Assembly: GCA_964637955.1 (NCBI GenBank)
Contig: CAZWXQ010000001.1
Coordinates: 292,849-356,848 of the forward strand
Direction of reading: 5' to 3'
Length of the DNA: 64,000 bases
DNA from: an uncultured Gammaproteobacteria bacterium
GTDB taxonomy: Bacteria; Patescibacteriota; Microgenomatia; Levybacterales; UBA12049
Shown: in pieces, positions 28,623-38,635 of the stretch
Layout of the letters: every line of letters starts with the position of its first letter
Position numbering within the stretch: the stretch's first letter is position 1
Notes under the pieces: generated by a model
Seen by the model: only the letters and a program-made list of their open reading frames with translations
The model's database searches: none
What the model was told of the DNA's origin: nothing
Made by a program: the position numbers and the translations under genes

Positions 28623-30866
28623 ATGTTTTGGATAGATAAAATTTCAGAAGAAATAATAAAAAGTGGAAATTATAAGCCGTACTGGGTGGACGATATGAAA
28701 ACTCCAAGCGGTTTTGCTCATGTGGGGTCTCTTATGGGTCCTGTAATTCACAGCATGGTTTATAAGAGTCTCAAGGATAAAGGACAAGAAGCTAAATTTA
28801 CTTTTATAATTAATGATTTTGATCCTGCTGATGATCTTCTTCCTGAAATTCGAGGCACACATGAAGCGGAGCTTGGAAAACCGTTAAAGCTTGCAAAGTC
28901 ACCAGATCCCAAATTTGAAAGTTTTGCAGATTTATTTGGAAATGATTTTATAACTGCAATAAAAAATCTTGGAGTGGATGCGCAAATTTTATCTTCATGG
29001 GAAATGTATCACGAGGGAAAATTTGATGACGTAATAAGACTTGCTCTCGACAATGCTGAAAAAATTCAAGATATTTATCAAAGAGTTTCGGGTAGTCAAA
29101 AAAAACAATCAGGATGGCTACCTTTTCAAGTAATTTGTGAGAATTGTGGAAAGCTAGGTACTACCAAGGTATATGCTTGGGACGGTGATAGAGTTTCATA
29201 TAAATGTGAACCTGATTTAGTTGTTTGGGCAAAAGGTTGCGGACATGAAGGAAAAATTTCTCCATTTGGTGGAACTGGAAAACTTCCTTGGAAAGTTGAC
29301 TGGCCTGCTCATTGGAAGGTGATTGGAGTGACCATAGAAGGAGCTGGAAAAGACCATGCTTCAAAAGGTGGATCTTATGATATTGCGATGACAATCTGTC
29401 GCGAGGTATTTGATTTTGATCCTCCATTCAAAATGCCATATGAGTTCATCTTAATAGGAGGTAGAAAAATGTCTTCGTCTAAAGGATTAGGCTTAAAGGC
29501 TCATGATTTGGTAGATATTCTTCCACCAGAAGTAGCAAGATTTTTATATGCAAGAAATGGAATAAAATCTCAAACGAATTTTGATCCAGACGATAAAAAT
29601 GCGATCCCTGTTCTTTTTGATGATTATCAAAAAGCAGCGGAAGCATATTTTAGTAAAACAGATGAGGATTTAGGTCGTGCGTTTGAAATTTCACAAGTTG
29701 ATGAAATAAAAAGGCCACCTTCTGTGAGGTTTAGCGTGCTTGCTCAGTGGGTCCAAATGCCAAATATGGAACAGAAGATTAAGGAGGAAGATCTTGAGCA
29801 GTGGGCTAAGTATGCAAAGGTTTGGGTGGAAAGATTTGCTCCGGAAGATATGAAATTTGAAGTTAAAAAAGAATTACCTGAAAATTTAAATTTAAATGAA
29901 AAACAAAAAGAATTTCTTATAAAACTTAATGAAAAAATTGGTTCTTATAAATCCGGAGAAGATTTTCAAATTGAAATTTATGAATTAGGAAAAGAGCTTA
30001 AGCTTGATGGAAAAGAAGCATTTCAGGCAATTTATCTAAGTCTTTTAGGAAAAGATCACGGGCCAAAAGCTGGTTGGTTAATTCTTTCTTTAGATCCAGG
30101 ATTTGTAAAAAATAGATTTGAAGAAGCTTCAAAAGAATCCATAAATTCAAATAATAAATCTACTATTATAAAATTAAATAAACCAGAAATTTTTTCAATT
30201 GATGCAAATTTAGCAGAAAAATTTCCTAGTCTTTCAGTGGGAATTGCAATAATTAAAGGTGTTTCTATAAAAGAAAAAGACGAGGAGTTGGAAAAAGAAA
30301 AAGAGGAATTATTAAAATCATTTGAGAATTTGACTACAGAAGGGTTGGGGGCATTCCCAGAAACAATGTCTTACAGGAGGCTTTATAAAGAAATGGGAGT
30401 TGATTGGCATTCAAGGCGCCCTAGTCCTGAAGCATTGCTTCGTCGTGTCGCTTTAAAAAAAGGCTTGTATTCTATAAATACAGCAGTTGATGCATATAAT
30501 CTTGTTGTAATGAAAAATAGAGTTTCAGTTGGCGCATTTGATTTAGATAAAATTGAATTTCCTACGCTTTTAAGACTAGCAAAAAATGATGAAGAAATAC
30601 ATCTTCTTGGAGATGATGATTCTACAAGATATACAGAAAAAGAAATAGCATACTTTGATAAAAATGGTGGATATAATATGGATTTTAATTTTAGAGATGC
30701 TAAGAGAACTGCTGTAGGAATGGAAACTAAAAATATTTATTTAAATGTAGATGGAATTTATGATGTTACGCCAGAAAAAGTTTTAGAAGTTTTAGAAGAA
30801 GCAGTAGAAAAAATATTAAAATATTGTGGTGGAGAAATAGTATTTCTCGGAGTAGAGAAAGCATGA
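28623..30866 (+). CDS. lysS: class I lysyl-tRNA synthetase with C-terminal B3/4-like domain
   Basis: N-terminal about 520 aa aligns by eye with archaeal class I LysRS (PSGFAHVGS, WKVDWPAHW, GAGKDHASKGGSYD, KMSSSKG). C-terminal about 220 aa resembles the B3/4 tRNA-binding/editing fold. Confidence 0.85.
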   Translation: MFWIDKISEEIIKSGNYKPYWVDDMKTPSGFAHVGSLMGPVIHSMVYKSLKDKGQEAKFTFIINDFDPADDLLPEIRGTHEAELGKPLKLAKSPDPKFESFADLFGNDFITAIKNLGVDAQILSSWEMYHEGKFDDVIRLALDNAEKIQDIYQRVSGSQKKQSGWLPFQVICENCGKLGTTKVYAWDGDRVSYKCEPDLVVWAKGCGHEGKISPFGGTGKLPWKVDWPAHWKVIGVTIEGAGKDHASKGGSYDIAMTICREVFDFDPPFKMPYEFILIGGRKMSSSKGLGLKAHDLVDILPPEVARFLYARNGIKSQTNFDPDDKNAIPVLFDDYQKAAEAYFSKTDEDLGRAFEISQVDEIKRPPSVRFSVLAQWVQMPNMEQKIKEEDLEQWAKYAKVWVERFAPEDMKFEVKKELPENLNLNEKQKEFLIKLNEKIGSYKSGEDFQIEIYELGKELKLDGKEAFQAIYLSLLGKDHGPKAGWLILSLDPGFVKNRFEEASKESINSNNKSTIIKLNKPEIFSIDANLAEKFPSLSVGIAIIKGVSIKEKDEELEKEKEELLKSFENLTTEGLGAFPETMSYRRLYKEMGVDWHSRRPSPEALLRRVALKKGLYSINTAVDAYNLVVMKNRVSVGAFDLDKIEFPTLLRLAKNDEEIHLLGDDDSTRYTEKEIAYFDKNGGYNMDFNFRDAKRTAVGMETKNIYLNVDGIYDVTPEKVLEVLEEAVEKILKYCGGEIVFLGVEKA

Positions 30867-31429
30867 AAATAGATAAGATAGTTTTGGTAAGTGGAAATCC
30901 AGGGAAAGCTCGTGAGATTCAAAGAATTTTAGATATTCCAATTGAAACTAGAGAAATAGATCTTGAAGAAATTCAAGAGATTGATCTTGAGAAAGTAGCG
31001 CTTAATAAATTAAATCAAGCATATTCCATTGTCAAAGCTCCCGTGATGATTGATGATATTTCTCTTGAAGTTGAAGTTTGGAATAAATTTCCAGGACCTT
31101 TAATTAAATGGCTCTTGAAGGCAGGAGATGGAGACGCAAAGATTCTTCTTAAAATGCTTGGAGATGAGGAAAATAGAAATGTAAAAGCAAGGCTTGCCAT
31201 TGGATTTCATGATGGAGAAAGCCAACATGTTTTTATCGGTGAAGTTGATGGCCAAATTGCACATGATATAAAAGGAAAAAATGGATTTGGATGGGATCCA
31301 ATTTTTATTCCTAATGGTGAAAGTGAGACTTTTGCGCAGATGGATCCAGAAAAGAAAGATAGTATCTCTCACAGGGGTCGTGCACTTAAAGAATTTAGAG
31401 ATTTCCTAAAAAAGAATTACGAGGTATAA
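30863..31429 (+). CDS. rdgB: non-canonical purine NTP pyrophosphatase (RdgB/Ham1)
   Basis: VSGNPGKAREIQ, GFGWDPIF, SHRGRAL motifs; start at the ATG at 30863 overlapping the lysS stop (ATGA). Confidence 0.85.
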   Translation: MKIDKIVLVSGNPGKAREIQRILDIPIETREIDLEEIQEIDLEKVALNKLNQAYSIVKAPVMIDDISLEVEVWNKFPGPLIKWLLKAGDGDAKILLKMLGDEENRNVKARLAIGFHDGESQHVFIGEVDGQIAHDIKGKNGFGWDPIFIPNGESETFAQMDPEKKDSISHRGRALKEFRDFLKKNYEV

Positions 31430-31514
31430 TACAGATTAGAATTTTAAATTTTAAATATTAAATATTAAATTTTCATTAAATTATAATTTAGAAAATATTA
31501 ATAAAATTAAGAAT

Positions 31515-32774
31515 ATGATTGATATAAAAATTATCAGAGAAAATCCGAAACTTATTGCTCAAAAATCAAAAGAAAAAAATATTGATATTGATATTGATTA
31601 CATTTTAGAAATTGATACAAAAAAAAGAGAAATTGATCAAGAAGTCCAGACAATTCGCGAAAAAAGAAATTTACATGTTTCTGGAATAAAAGGAAAACCA
31701 ACTGAAGAACAAATTAAGATTGGTGCGGAAATAAAAAATGAATTGGAGCAAAAAGAACATGCTCTAGTTGCGCTCGAAGAAGAATTAAAAGAACTTTTAT
31801 ATAAAATCCCAAATCCGGTAAAGCCTGATGTTAAGGTAGGAAAAGATGAAAGTGAGAATGAAATAATTAAAAAAGTAGGAGAACCTAGGAGGTTTGATTT
31901 TAAGGTTCGAGATCACCTAGAGCTTGGGGAAATGTTAGAGATAATCGATGTAAAAACTGCAGCAAAAATTTCAGGAGCCAGATTTTATTACCTTAAAAAT
32001 GAAGGAGCACTTCTGGAATTTGCTTTGAAGCAATATGCATTTGAAGTCCTTATGAATAATGGTTTCTCTCCAATTATTCCTCCTGTTTTAGTAAAAAAAC
32101 AGGTTTTAACAGATTTGGGATATACGCAGATGGGAGAAGATGAAAATATTTTTTCACTAGATAAAGATGATCTGTATCTTGTGGGAACAAGTGAGCAGTC
32201 AATTGTTCCAATGTATAAAGATGAGACGCTGAAAAAATCAGATCTTCCAAAAAGATATGCTGGGTTTTCTACTTGCTTTAGAAGAGAAGCAGGAAGTTAT
32301 GGAAAAGATACAAAAGGAATAATAAGAGTCCATCAGTTTGATAAAGTAGAAATGGTTTCATTTGTGGAAGAAGGTAAAGATGATGAGGAGCATGAATTTA
32401 TGCTTGGACTTGAAGAGGAAATGTTTGGAGCACTAGGAATTCCATATCAAGTTCTTAGAATTTGCTCAGGAGATCTTGGTTTTAATGCGGCAAGAAAATA
32501 TGATATAGAAGCATGGCTTCCATCTCAAGAAAAATATAGAGAGGTAACTTCTACATCAACTGTTACAGATTTCCAATCAAGAAGATTAAACATGAGGTAT
32601 CAGGATGGCGATGAAAAAAAATATTTAAATGTTTTAAATGGCACAGCTTTTTCTATGGCACGTCCGATAGTAGCAATCCTAGAAAATTATCAACAGGAAG
32701 ATGGATCTGTTTTAATTCCTGAGGTTCTACAAAAATACATGGGTGGACAAACTGTTATAAAACCTCGGAAATAA
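31515..32774 (+). CDS. serS: seryl-tRNA synthetase
   Basis: 419 aa; N-terminal coiled coil, class II motifs 2 and 3 (FRRE.GS, GSGLA-like), conserved C-terminal region. Confidence 0.95.
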   Translation: MIDIKIIRENPKLIAQKSKEKNIDIDIDYILEIDTKKREIDQEVQTIREKRNLHVSGIKGKPTEEQIKIGAEIKNELEQKEHALVALEEELKELLYKIPNPVKPDVKVGKDESENEIIKKVGEPRRFDFKVRDHLELGEMLEIIDVKTAAKISGARFYYLKNEGALLEFALKQYAFEVLMNNGFSPIIPPVLVKKQVLTDLGYTQMGEDENIFSLDKDDLYLVGTSEQSIVPMYKDETLKKSDLPKRYAGFSTCFRREAGSYGKDTKGIIRVHQFDKVEMVSFVEEGKDDEEHEFMLGLEEEMFGALGIPYQVLRICSGDLGFNAARKYDIEAWLPSQEKYREVTSTSTVTDFQSRRLNMRYQDGDEKKYLNVLNGTAFSMARPIVAILENYQQEDGSVLIPEVLQKYMGGQTVIKPRK

Positions 32775-32920
32775 ATTTTCAATTTTCAATTTCTAATTTT
32801 TATTGAATGTTTTAAATTCAAATTTTTAAACATTTATTATTCATTGAAAATTAATAATATTAAATTAAAAATTAACTCAGAGGGTTTTTTATTAGCCTCA
32901 CGTCTGCTATAATTACTTGT

Positions 32921-35725
32921 ATGTTTAGCGTCCTCGGAAAGATATTTGATTCCAATGATAAAGAAGTTAAGAAGCTTGCTCCCCTAATTTCTGAAATTAA
33001 TTCCCTTGATGAAAAAATGAGGAAATTAAAAGATGGTGATTTCCCTAAAAAAACTGAAGAACTAAAAAAAAGATTAGAAAAAGGTGATTCTATAGCAAGT
33101 GTGACTCCAGAAGCTTTTGCATTGGTCAGAGAAGCAGCTAGAAGAAGTATAGGACAGCGTCATTATGATGTTCAGCTTATGGCTGCAGCATCGCTTTCTC
33201 TTGGTAAAATTTCTGAGCAAAAAACTGGAGAAGGAAAAACTCTTTCTGCTATACCCGCGCTTTATTTGCATGCATTGACGGGTCGGGGTGTTCATTTGGT
33301 TACAGTTAATGATTATCTTGCAAGACGCGATGCTGGATGGATGGGCCCAGTGTTGAATTTACTCGGAATGACCGTATCATCCATAATTAGCGAGCAATCA
33401 TTTATGTATGATTCTAGTTATACGAATCCAGATGTTCATGATTTTAGACTTGCCCATTTGAAACCAGTTACTAGAAAAGAAGCATATCAAGCGGATATAG
33501 TTTATGGAATAAATTCTGAATTTGGATTTGATTATCTTAGAGATAATATGGCTCAGAATATTGATCAGGTTGCTCAGCGGGATTATTATTTTGCAATTGT
33601 GGACGAGGTCGATTCAGTTCTTATTGATGAAGCTAGAACGCCACATATTATTTCTCAGCCTGATGAGACTCCTACGAATAAATATTATGAGTATGCAAAA
33701 TTAGTAGATAAGCTCTCATCTGACACAGATTATAAAATCGATGAAAAACTTCATACAGCTCATCTTACAGAACATGGTCTTGGCAAGATAGAGAAGCTTT
33801 ATGGAATACAAAATATATACGAAAAAGATTTTGATACAGTTTATCATATAGAGGCCGCCCTTAAGGCCCGAACGCTTTTCAAAAAAGAGAAAGATTATAT
33901 TGTAAAAGATGGAGAAATAATTCTCGTTGATGAGTTTACAGGTAGGTTAATGGAAGGAAGGCGTTTGTCAGATGGTCTTCATCAGGCGATAGAAGCAAAA
34001 GAAGGAGTAGCTATTCAAAGAGAGTCTAAGACGATTGCAACAGTTTCACTCCAGAATTACTTTAGGATGTACGAGCATCTGGCAGGCATGACAGGAACCG
34101 CTGTGACAGAGTCTCAGGAATTCCACAAAATCTATAAGCTAGATGTAATAGTTATTCCCACAAATAAATCAGTTCAGAGAAAAGATATGTCGGATGCCAT
34201 TTATAAAACAGGAAGAGCTAAGTTTAGCGCAGTAGTTAAGGAAATTGAAGAAGCGCATAAGACAGGACAGCCTGTTCTAGTCGGTACAACTTCCATCGAA
34301 AAAAATGAAATTCTTTCCCAGCTTTTAAGAAGAAAAGGAATAAAGCACGAATTATTAAACGCTAAGAATCATGAAAGAGAAGCTGAAATTATTTCAAAAG
34401 CAGGAGTAAAAGGAGCAGTTACAGTAGCTACAAACATGGCTGGTCGCGGTGTTGATATTATACTCGGTGGTGAATCTCCAAAAAATGAAGATGGCAGTGA
34501 AGATCAGAACTCAAAAGAATGGAAAGCATGGAAAAAGAATCATGATGAAGTGCTTGAGCTTGGTGGCCTTTATGTAATAGGAACAGAAAGACATGAATCT
34601 CGAAGAATTGATAATCAGCTAAGGGGAAGATCTGGACGCCAAGGTGATCCTGGAAGATCTAGGTTTTTCGTAGCACTGGACGATGAAATTATGAGAATTT
34701 TTGGTGGAGATTCTATAGCTGGGCTTATGACAAGATTTAATATGCCTGAGGATGTGCCGCTTGAGCATCCAATTGTTTCACGAGCAATCGAGCAGGCTCA
34801 ATCAAAAGTGGAAGGTTTTAATTTCGATCATAGGAAACAGGTGGTCGAGTATGACGATGTGTTAAATAAGCAAAGACATATAATTTATTCTAAGAGACGT
34901 GAAGTTCTCGAAGGAGCTAAGGACGAAAAGGCAAATCTTAAAGATGAAATTATAAGAAATATTGAGAACTCAATTACACAGTCGGTAATGTCAGCGCAGC
35001 TTACTCCAGATGCTGAAAAATTAAACGAAAATATTGTTGCAGATTTTACTACTATTATTAAATTTGATGACGAGTCTCAAAAAGAGCTTGTAAATCAGTT
35101 AAATAATCTAAGTGGGTCAGAAGAGAAAATAAAACTTCTAAATAATATTGCAGTTAAAATGTATGAATCTCGAGAGAAGCAAATTGATCCAAAAGTCATG
35201 AGGCAGCTTGAATATTTCGTAACTCTTTCAGTTATAGATAATCTTTGGATGGATCATTTGGATGTGGTAAATAATCTTCGTGAAGGAATTGGGCTTCGAG
35301 CATATGGTCAGAAAGATCCACTTGTAGAATATAAAAATGAAGCCTTCAGACTCTTTGAAACACTTATGAATGGAATTGATGACGAAATAGTTCATAGGAT
35401 TTTTAAAATGCATGTAGCAAGTGATCATGATCATATTCATACAGATGAAATACCTGCGGGCGGTGAGATGGGTGCTGATGAAGTGTCAGAAAATAAGAAT
35501 TCGAAAAATAAAAAAATTAATGTAAATGCGCTTACATCAAGTATAAGCGTATCGAGTTCATCTTCTGGGTCTGGAGTAAGTTCTGGAATTCTTACAACAT
35601 CGACTTCTCTAGGATTAGCATCTACTTCTGGAAGCAGCGCTCCTCCGGCCAAAAAGCCAGGAAGAAATGATCCATGCTGGTGTGGTTCAGGTAAAAAATA
35701 TAAGCGCTGTCATTACCCAAATTAA
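32921..35725 (+). CDS. secA: preprotein translocase ATPase SecA
   Basis: 934 aa; DEAD motor motifs, C-terminal zinc finger CWCGSGKKYKRCH; Ser/Gly-rich low-complexity insertion before the zinc finger. Confidence 0.97.
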   Translation: MFSVLGKIFDSNDKEVKKLAPLISEINSLDEKMRKLKDGDFPKKTEELKKRLEKGDSIASVTPEAFALVREAARRSIGQRHYDVQLMAAASLSLGKISEQKTGEGKTLSAIPALYLHALTGRGVHLVTVNDYLARRDAGWMGPVLNLLGMTVSSIISEQSFMYDSSYTNPDVHDFRLAHLKPVTRKEAYQADIVYGINSEFGFDYLRDNMAQNIDQVAQRDYYFAIVDEVDSVLIDEARTPHIISQPDETPTNKYYEYAKLVDKLSSDTDYKIDEKLHTAHLTEHGLGKIEKLYGIQNIYEKDFDTVYHIEAALKARTLFKKEKDYIVKDGEIILVDEFTGRLMEGRRLSDGLHQAIEAKEGVAIQRESKTIATVSLQNYFRMYEHLAGMTGTAVTESQEFHKIYKLDVIVIPTNKSVQRKDMSDAIYKTGRAKFSAVVKEIEEAHKTGQPVLVGTTSIEKNEILSQLLRRKGIKHELLNAKNHEREAEIISKAGVKGAVTVATNMAGRGVDIILGGESPKNEDGSEDQNSKEWKAWKKNHDEVLELGGLYVIGTERHESRRIDNQLRGRSGRQGDPGRSRFFVALDDEIMRIFGGDSIAGLMTRFNMPEDVPLEHPIVSRAIEQAQSKVEGFNFDHRKQVVEYDDVLNKQRHIIYSKRREVLEGAKDEKANLKDEIIRNIENSITQSVMSAQLTPDAEKLNENIVADFTTIIKFDDESQKELVNQLNNLSGSEEKIKLLNNIAVKMYESREKQIDPKVMRQLEYFVTLSVIDNLWMDHLDVVNNLREGIGLRAYGQKDPLVEYKNEAFRLFETLMNGIDDEIVHRIFKMHVASDHDHIHTDEIPAGGEMGADEVSENKNSKNKKINVNALTSSISVSSSSSGSGVSSGILTTSTSLGLASTSGSSAPPAKKPGRNDPCWCGSGKKYKRCHYPN

Positions 35726-35761
35726 TCCGTCTCACATCTGTTATAGTAATATACTAAGCTT

Positions 35762-36436
35762 ATGGATGATCAAGAAGTACAGAAAAACCCAGATATAGAA
35801 GGTGAAGTTATTCCTAAGAGTTTATTGCAGAATATGTCTATATATCTCTATTCAAACTCTGACTTTGATAGAGCTTTATACTTGGAGAGGAAGGCGCGGG
35901 AGTTAGGTCTTACAAAAGATGAATTGTTTGCAAGAGTTAACCAGTTCGTTAAAGACAGAATAAGATCTAAGGAAAAGGGACCTTTGCTCCATTATCATAA
36001 AACAACTCTTGATAAATTTGCAAACATTGTTCTTTCCGGTGAGCTTCTCTCGAGGCCTATATTAAAAGAAAAATATCCAGATCAACAACTGTCTCCTTCT
36101 TCGTCAAGTGATAATGTGATGATGACGCGAGACATATATAACGCTGATGGTACGCTGAGAAAGCCTGGTCTTCTACCACACGTAGCAGCTTGGGGAGAGG
36201 TAGCATTTGTTTTTTCACCTAGTGTTATGGATTTAGAAGGATATGATGCAACTGGAATGTATCCAACCGCAAGCGAAATACCTCTAAGGGAAACATTAGA
36301 TACAGTATTGGTAAGAGATGAAGTGAAATTAGCAGGTGTTAAGCAATTACTATTGGATCATGGAATTGAAGTTCCTGTAAGAACCGAGACATGGTGGACA
36401 AATAATGTATATCCACCTCACGCTAATGAATTATAA
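35762..36436 (+). CDS. hypothetical protein (224 aa)
   Basis: Clean ORF, no recognisable motifs. Confidence 0.45.
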   Translation: MDDQEVQKNPDIEGEVIPKSLLQNMSIYLYSNSDFDRALYLERKARELGLTKDELFARVNQFVKDRIRSKEKGPLLHYHKTTLDKFANIVLSGELLSRPILKEKYPDQQLSPSSSSDNVMMTRDIYNADGTLRKPGLLPHVAAWGEVAFVFSPSVMDLEGYDATGMYPTASEIPLRETLDTVLVRDEVKLAGVKQLLLDHGIEVPVRTETWWTNNVYPPHANEL

Positions 36437-36470
36437 GTTAAGCAATTCTCCAAAATAATTAGTTTTTGTA

Positions 36471-36652
36471 GTTTCCTATTCGAATAGCAGTTGCCTCTTT
36501 CGCTTAAGCTTCAAAGGCCAAGCAAAAAATGTTTACCCTGAGCGAAGCCGAATGGGTCACTATCCTAACTGATTAGCTTGTCATATCAATCTAAGCGCAT
36601 GATTCAGATGCCTCACAGAAAAAAATTCTGGCCTCAAAAATTTTCCTATTTT
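36471..36652. repeat. non-coding element A (about 180 bp), bounded by direct TTTCCTATT
   Basis: Begins with the perfect 12-bp palindrome CTATTCGAATAG in TCCTATTCGAATAGCAGTT; 3' part ...GCCTCACAGAAAAAAATTCTGGCCTCAAAAATTT; paralog at 38031-38150. Confidence 0.4.
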
Positions 36653-36734
36653 GTGATAATTTATTGTCTATTAAATTTCTTAGAAGTCTTCTTTTATAAT
36701 CACCCGTTACCTCATGGTCTGATATAATTTTTTT

Positions 36735-37496
36735 ATGGATTTATTAGAAAGAAACATCAAATCTACAGATAATCATATCTCAATTTTAACCTCAGATACG
36801 AAGCATCCAAAATTATGTATTATTGAAATACACGGCGGTATAGAAGGAGACAAATGGGATGTTGCTGAGGAGAGTAAGGATTTAGTAAATTATTGTTTGA
36901 AAAATGAAATTTTATATATTTCAGTAGATCTATCAAATAATGGAACACAAGTAAATCAATCCTTGAATGAGGTTTTATTTAGTAAAAGAGAAGAAGACTT
37001 AAATTCAGTAATTTCTTTTGTTAAGGACGAATATAAATGTCCAGTAATCTTAATTGGAACTAGTCTTGGTGGTTTAATTGCAATTAATACTGCTTCAAAA
37101 AATACAGAAAAAATAATTGGCTTAGTTATTAATTGTGGTGTAGTAAATCCTGAGGATTTAATAAAGAGAATAGTAGTGGAAGAAGATTTCAATCAATGGC
37201 ACACAAGCGATATGTTAAATGTTTTTAACATAAACCTGCCTTATTCTTTTTTTGAAGATATTAAAAATTTAAATACTCCTGATAAGATTAAATCTTTAAA
37301 TATTCCAATTTTGTGGTTTCATGGTGAAGAAGATGAGCTTGTTCCTATTGAGCAAGTAGAAGATTTATCTTTAGAAAATAAGTCAATAAAGTTAGTAAAA
37401 GTTGAAAATGGAAAACATAGATTTGGAGTAAGTATGCAGCCAGGAAAATGGGAAGAGCGATTAGAAAATTTTATTCAGATGATATTAAATTCTTAA
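36735..37496 (+). CDS. alpha/beta-hydrolase fold protein
   Basis: 253 aa; nucleophile elbow GTSLGG, Asp and His (GKHRF) consistent with a catalytic triad. Confidence 0.65.
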   Translation: MDLLERNIKSTDNHISILTSDTKHPKLCIIEIHGGIEGDKWDVAEESKDLVNYCLKNEILYISVDLSNNGTQVNQSLNEVLFSKREEDLNSVISFVKDEYKCPVILIGTSLGGLIAINTASKNTEKIIGLVINCGVVNPEDLIKRIVVEEDFNQWHTSDMLNVFNINLPYSFFEDIKNLNTPDKIKSLNIPILWFHGEEDELVPIEQVEDLSLENKSIKLVKVENGKHRFGVSMQPGKWEERLENFIQMILNS

Positions 37497-37953
37497 TTTT
37501 ATCTACTGTTTCTTGTATTGTTAAGTTCGAATTATCAATAATCTTAATGTCATTTAGTTTTGCTATCATATTATTTATTACTGTAGATTCATTTATTCCT
37601 ACCCTCTCATAGTCGTCATTAATGTGTCTTTGATTTAATATTTCTGGTTTAGTAATTAGAGCTATGGTTTTTATATTTTCGTTTCCATTGAATAACTTTG
37701 TCTGTTCTTCAAGATCTTCATTTCTTGCATATACAAATGAAACAAATATTTGCGAATATCCTTCTTCAATATAGTTATTTGCTAGACTTGCTATGTTTTT
37801 ATACCTTAGATGTTTTTGTAGCGATCTATCAGAAGGATTTGTAGCTAATGCAAAATCACCTTCAATATGTGCACTATTATTAGTGCTTTCAAGAAGTAGT
37901 TTGGCAGTTTTGCTTTTTCCTGTGCCAGGTGCGCCTGTAATAATAATTATCAT
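37471..37953 (-). CDS. P-loop NTPase / small-molecule kinase-like (AAA_33-type)
   Basis: 160 aa; N-terminal MIIIITGAPGTGKSKTAK Walker A; overlaps the convergent hydrolase gene 3' end by 26 bp. Confidence 0.55.
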   Translation of the reverse strand: MIIIITGAPGTGKSKTAKLLLESTNNSAHIEGDFALATNPSDRSLQKHLRYKNIASLANNYIEEGYSQIFVSFVYARNEDLEEQTKLFNGNENIKTIALITKPEILNQRHINDDYERVGINESTVINNMIAKLNDIKIIDNSNLTIQETVDKIKNLISSE

Positions 37954-38030
37954 TAATGAAAGTATACAACAAAATATTGGGTCTTTAGCCTACTTGTTTA
38001 AAAAGATATTTGTTTATAAATATATGAGAT

Positions 38031-38150
38031 ATCCTATTTGAATAGCAGTTCAAACGTTGCCACTTTTATAGTGATTTAAGCCGCTAAGCCAATCTAAAAG
38101 ACTAGTTTAAGTGTCTCACAGACATATTTTTCTAGCCTCATGAATTTCTA
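38031..38150. repeat. non-coding element B (about 120 bp), paralog of element A
   Basis: TCCTATTTGAATAGCAGTT (18/19 identical to A), CAATCTAA core and 3' ...GTCTCACAGACATATTTTTCTAGCCTCATGAATTT. Confidence 0.4.
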
Positions 38151-38230
38151 TAATTTGGTTCTCCTTCCATAACAAATCATTATATCTTTTGGATTCGTTT
38201 TAGGACTCATTTGTTTGATATAATTTATGT

Positions 38231-38635
38231 ATGAGTTTATTTTTAAAGCTTTATCTGATAGCACTTCCTACTTTCTTTGTGATTGATTTCATTTGGCTTG
38301 CTTTGATTGCGAGAAAATTTTACATAGATCAACTTGGTCAATTAATGAAAACTAATATTAATTGGACTGCGGCAATTATTTTTTACTTATTATTTATAGT
38401 TGGTCTCGTAATTTTCGCGATTGCACCTGCTTTTGAAAAAAAATCATTAGCTTCAGCTATTTTATTGGGAGGATTATTTGGTTTTTTCTCATATGCCACA
38501 TATGACCTTACTAATCTGGCAACGCTTAAGAATTGGCCTCTGACGGTTACAATTGTAGATTTAATCTGGGGAGTCGTATTGGCAGGATCTATATCTGGAA
38601 TAACATTTTTTATAGCATCTAAATTTGGGCTATGA
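38231..38635 (+). CDS. small integral membrane protein (DUF2177-like)
   Basis: 134 aa, 4 predicted TM helices. Confidence 0.5.
   Translation: MSLFLKLYLIALPTFFVIDFIWLALIARKFYIDQLGQLMKTNINWTAAIIFYLLFIVGLVIFAIAPAFEKKSLASAILLGGLFGFFSYATYDLTNLATLKNWPLTVTIVDLIWGVVLAGSISGITFFIASKFGL

Noticed and set aside
31440-31500. Tandem heptamer-like AT repeats ((T/A)TTAAAT x4-5) and similar ATTTTCA repeats at 32775-32805; CRISPR-like periodicity considered
   Set aside because: Units are 7 bp, degenerate and pure AT low complexity in promoter regions; no repeat-spacer architecture and no cas genes.
32806-32860. Imperfect inverted repeat TGAATGTTTTAAA...TTTAAACATTTA upstream of secA
   Set aside because: Very AT-rich and imperfect; indistinguishable from chance in 30% GC DNA. 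Noted only as possible terminator of serS.
36437-36734. tmRNA, SRP RNA or 6S RNA in the long intergenic regions (36437-36734, 37954-38230, 9158-9420)
   Set aside because: No GGAAGGAAGCAGC-type SRP domain IV, no tRNA-like 3' domain with tag ORF, no recognisable 6S bubble; elements reported instead as unclassified repeats.
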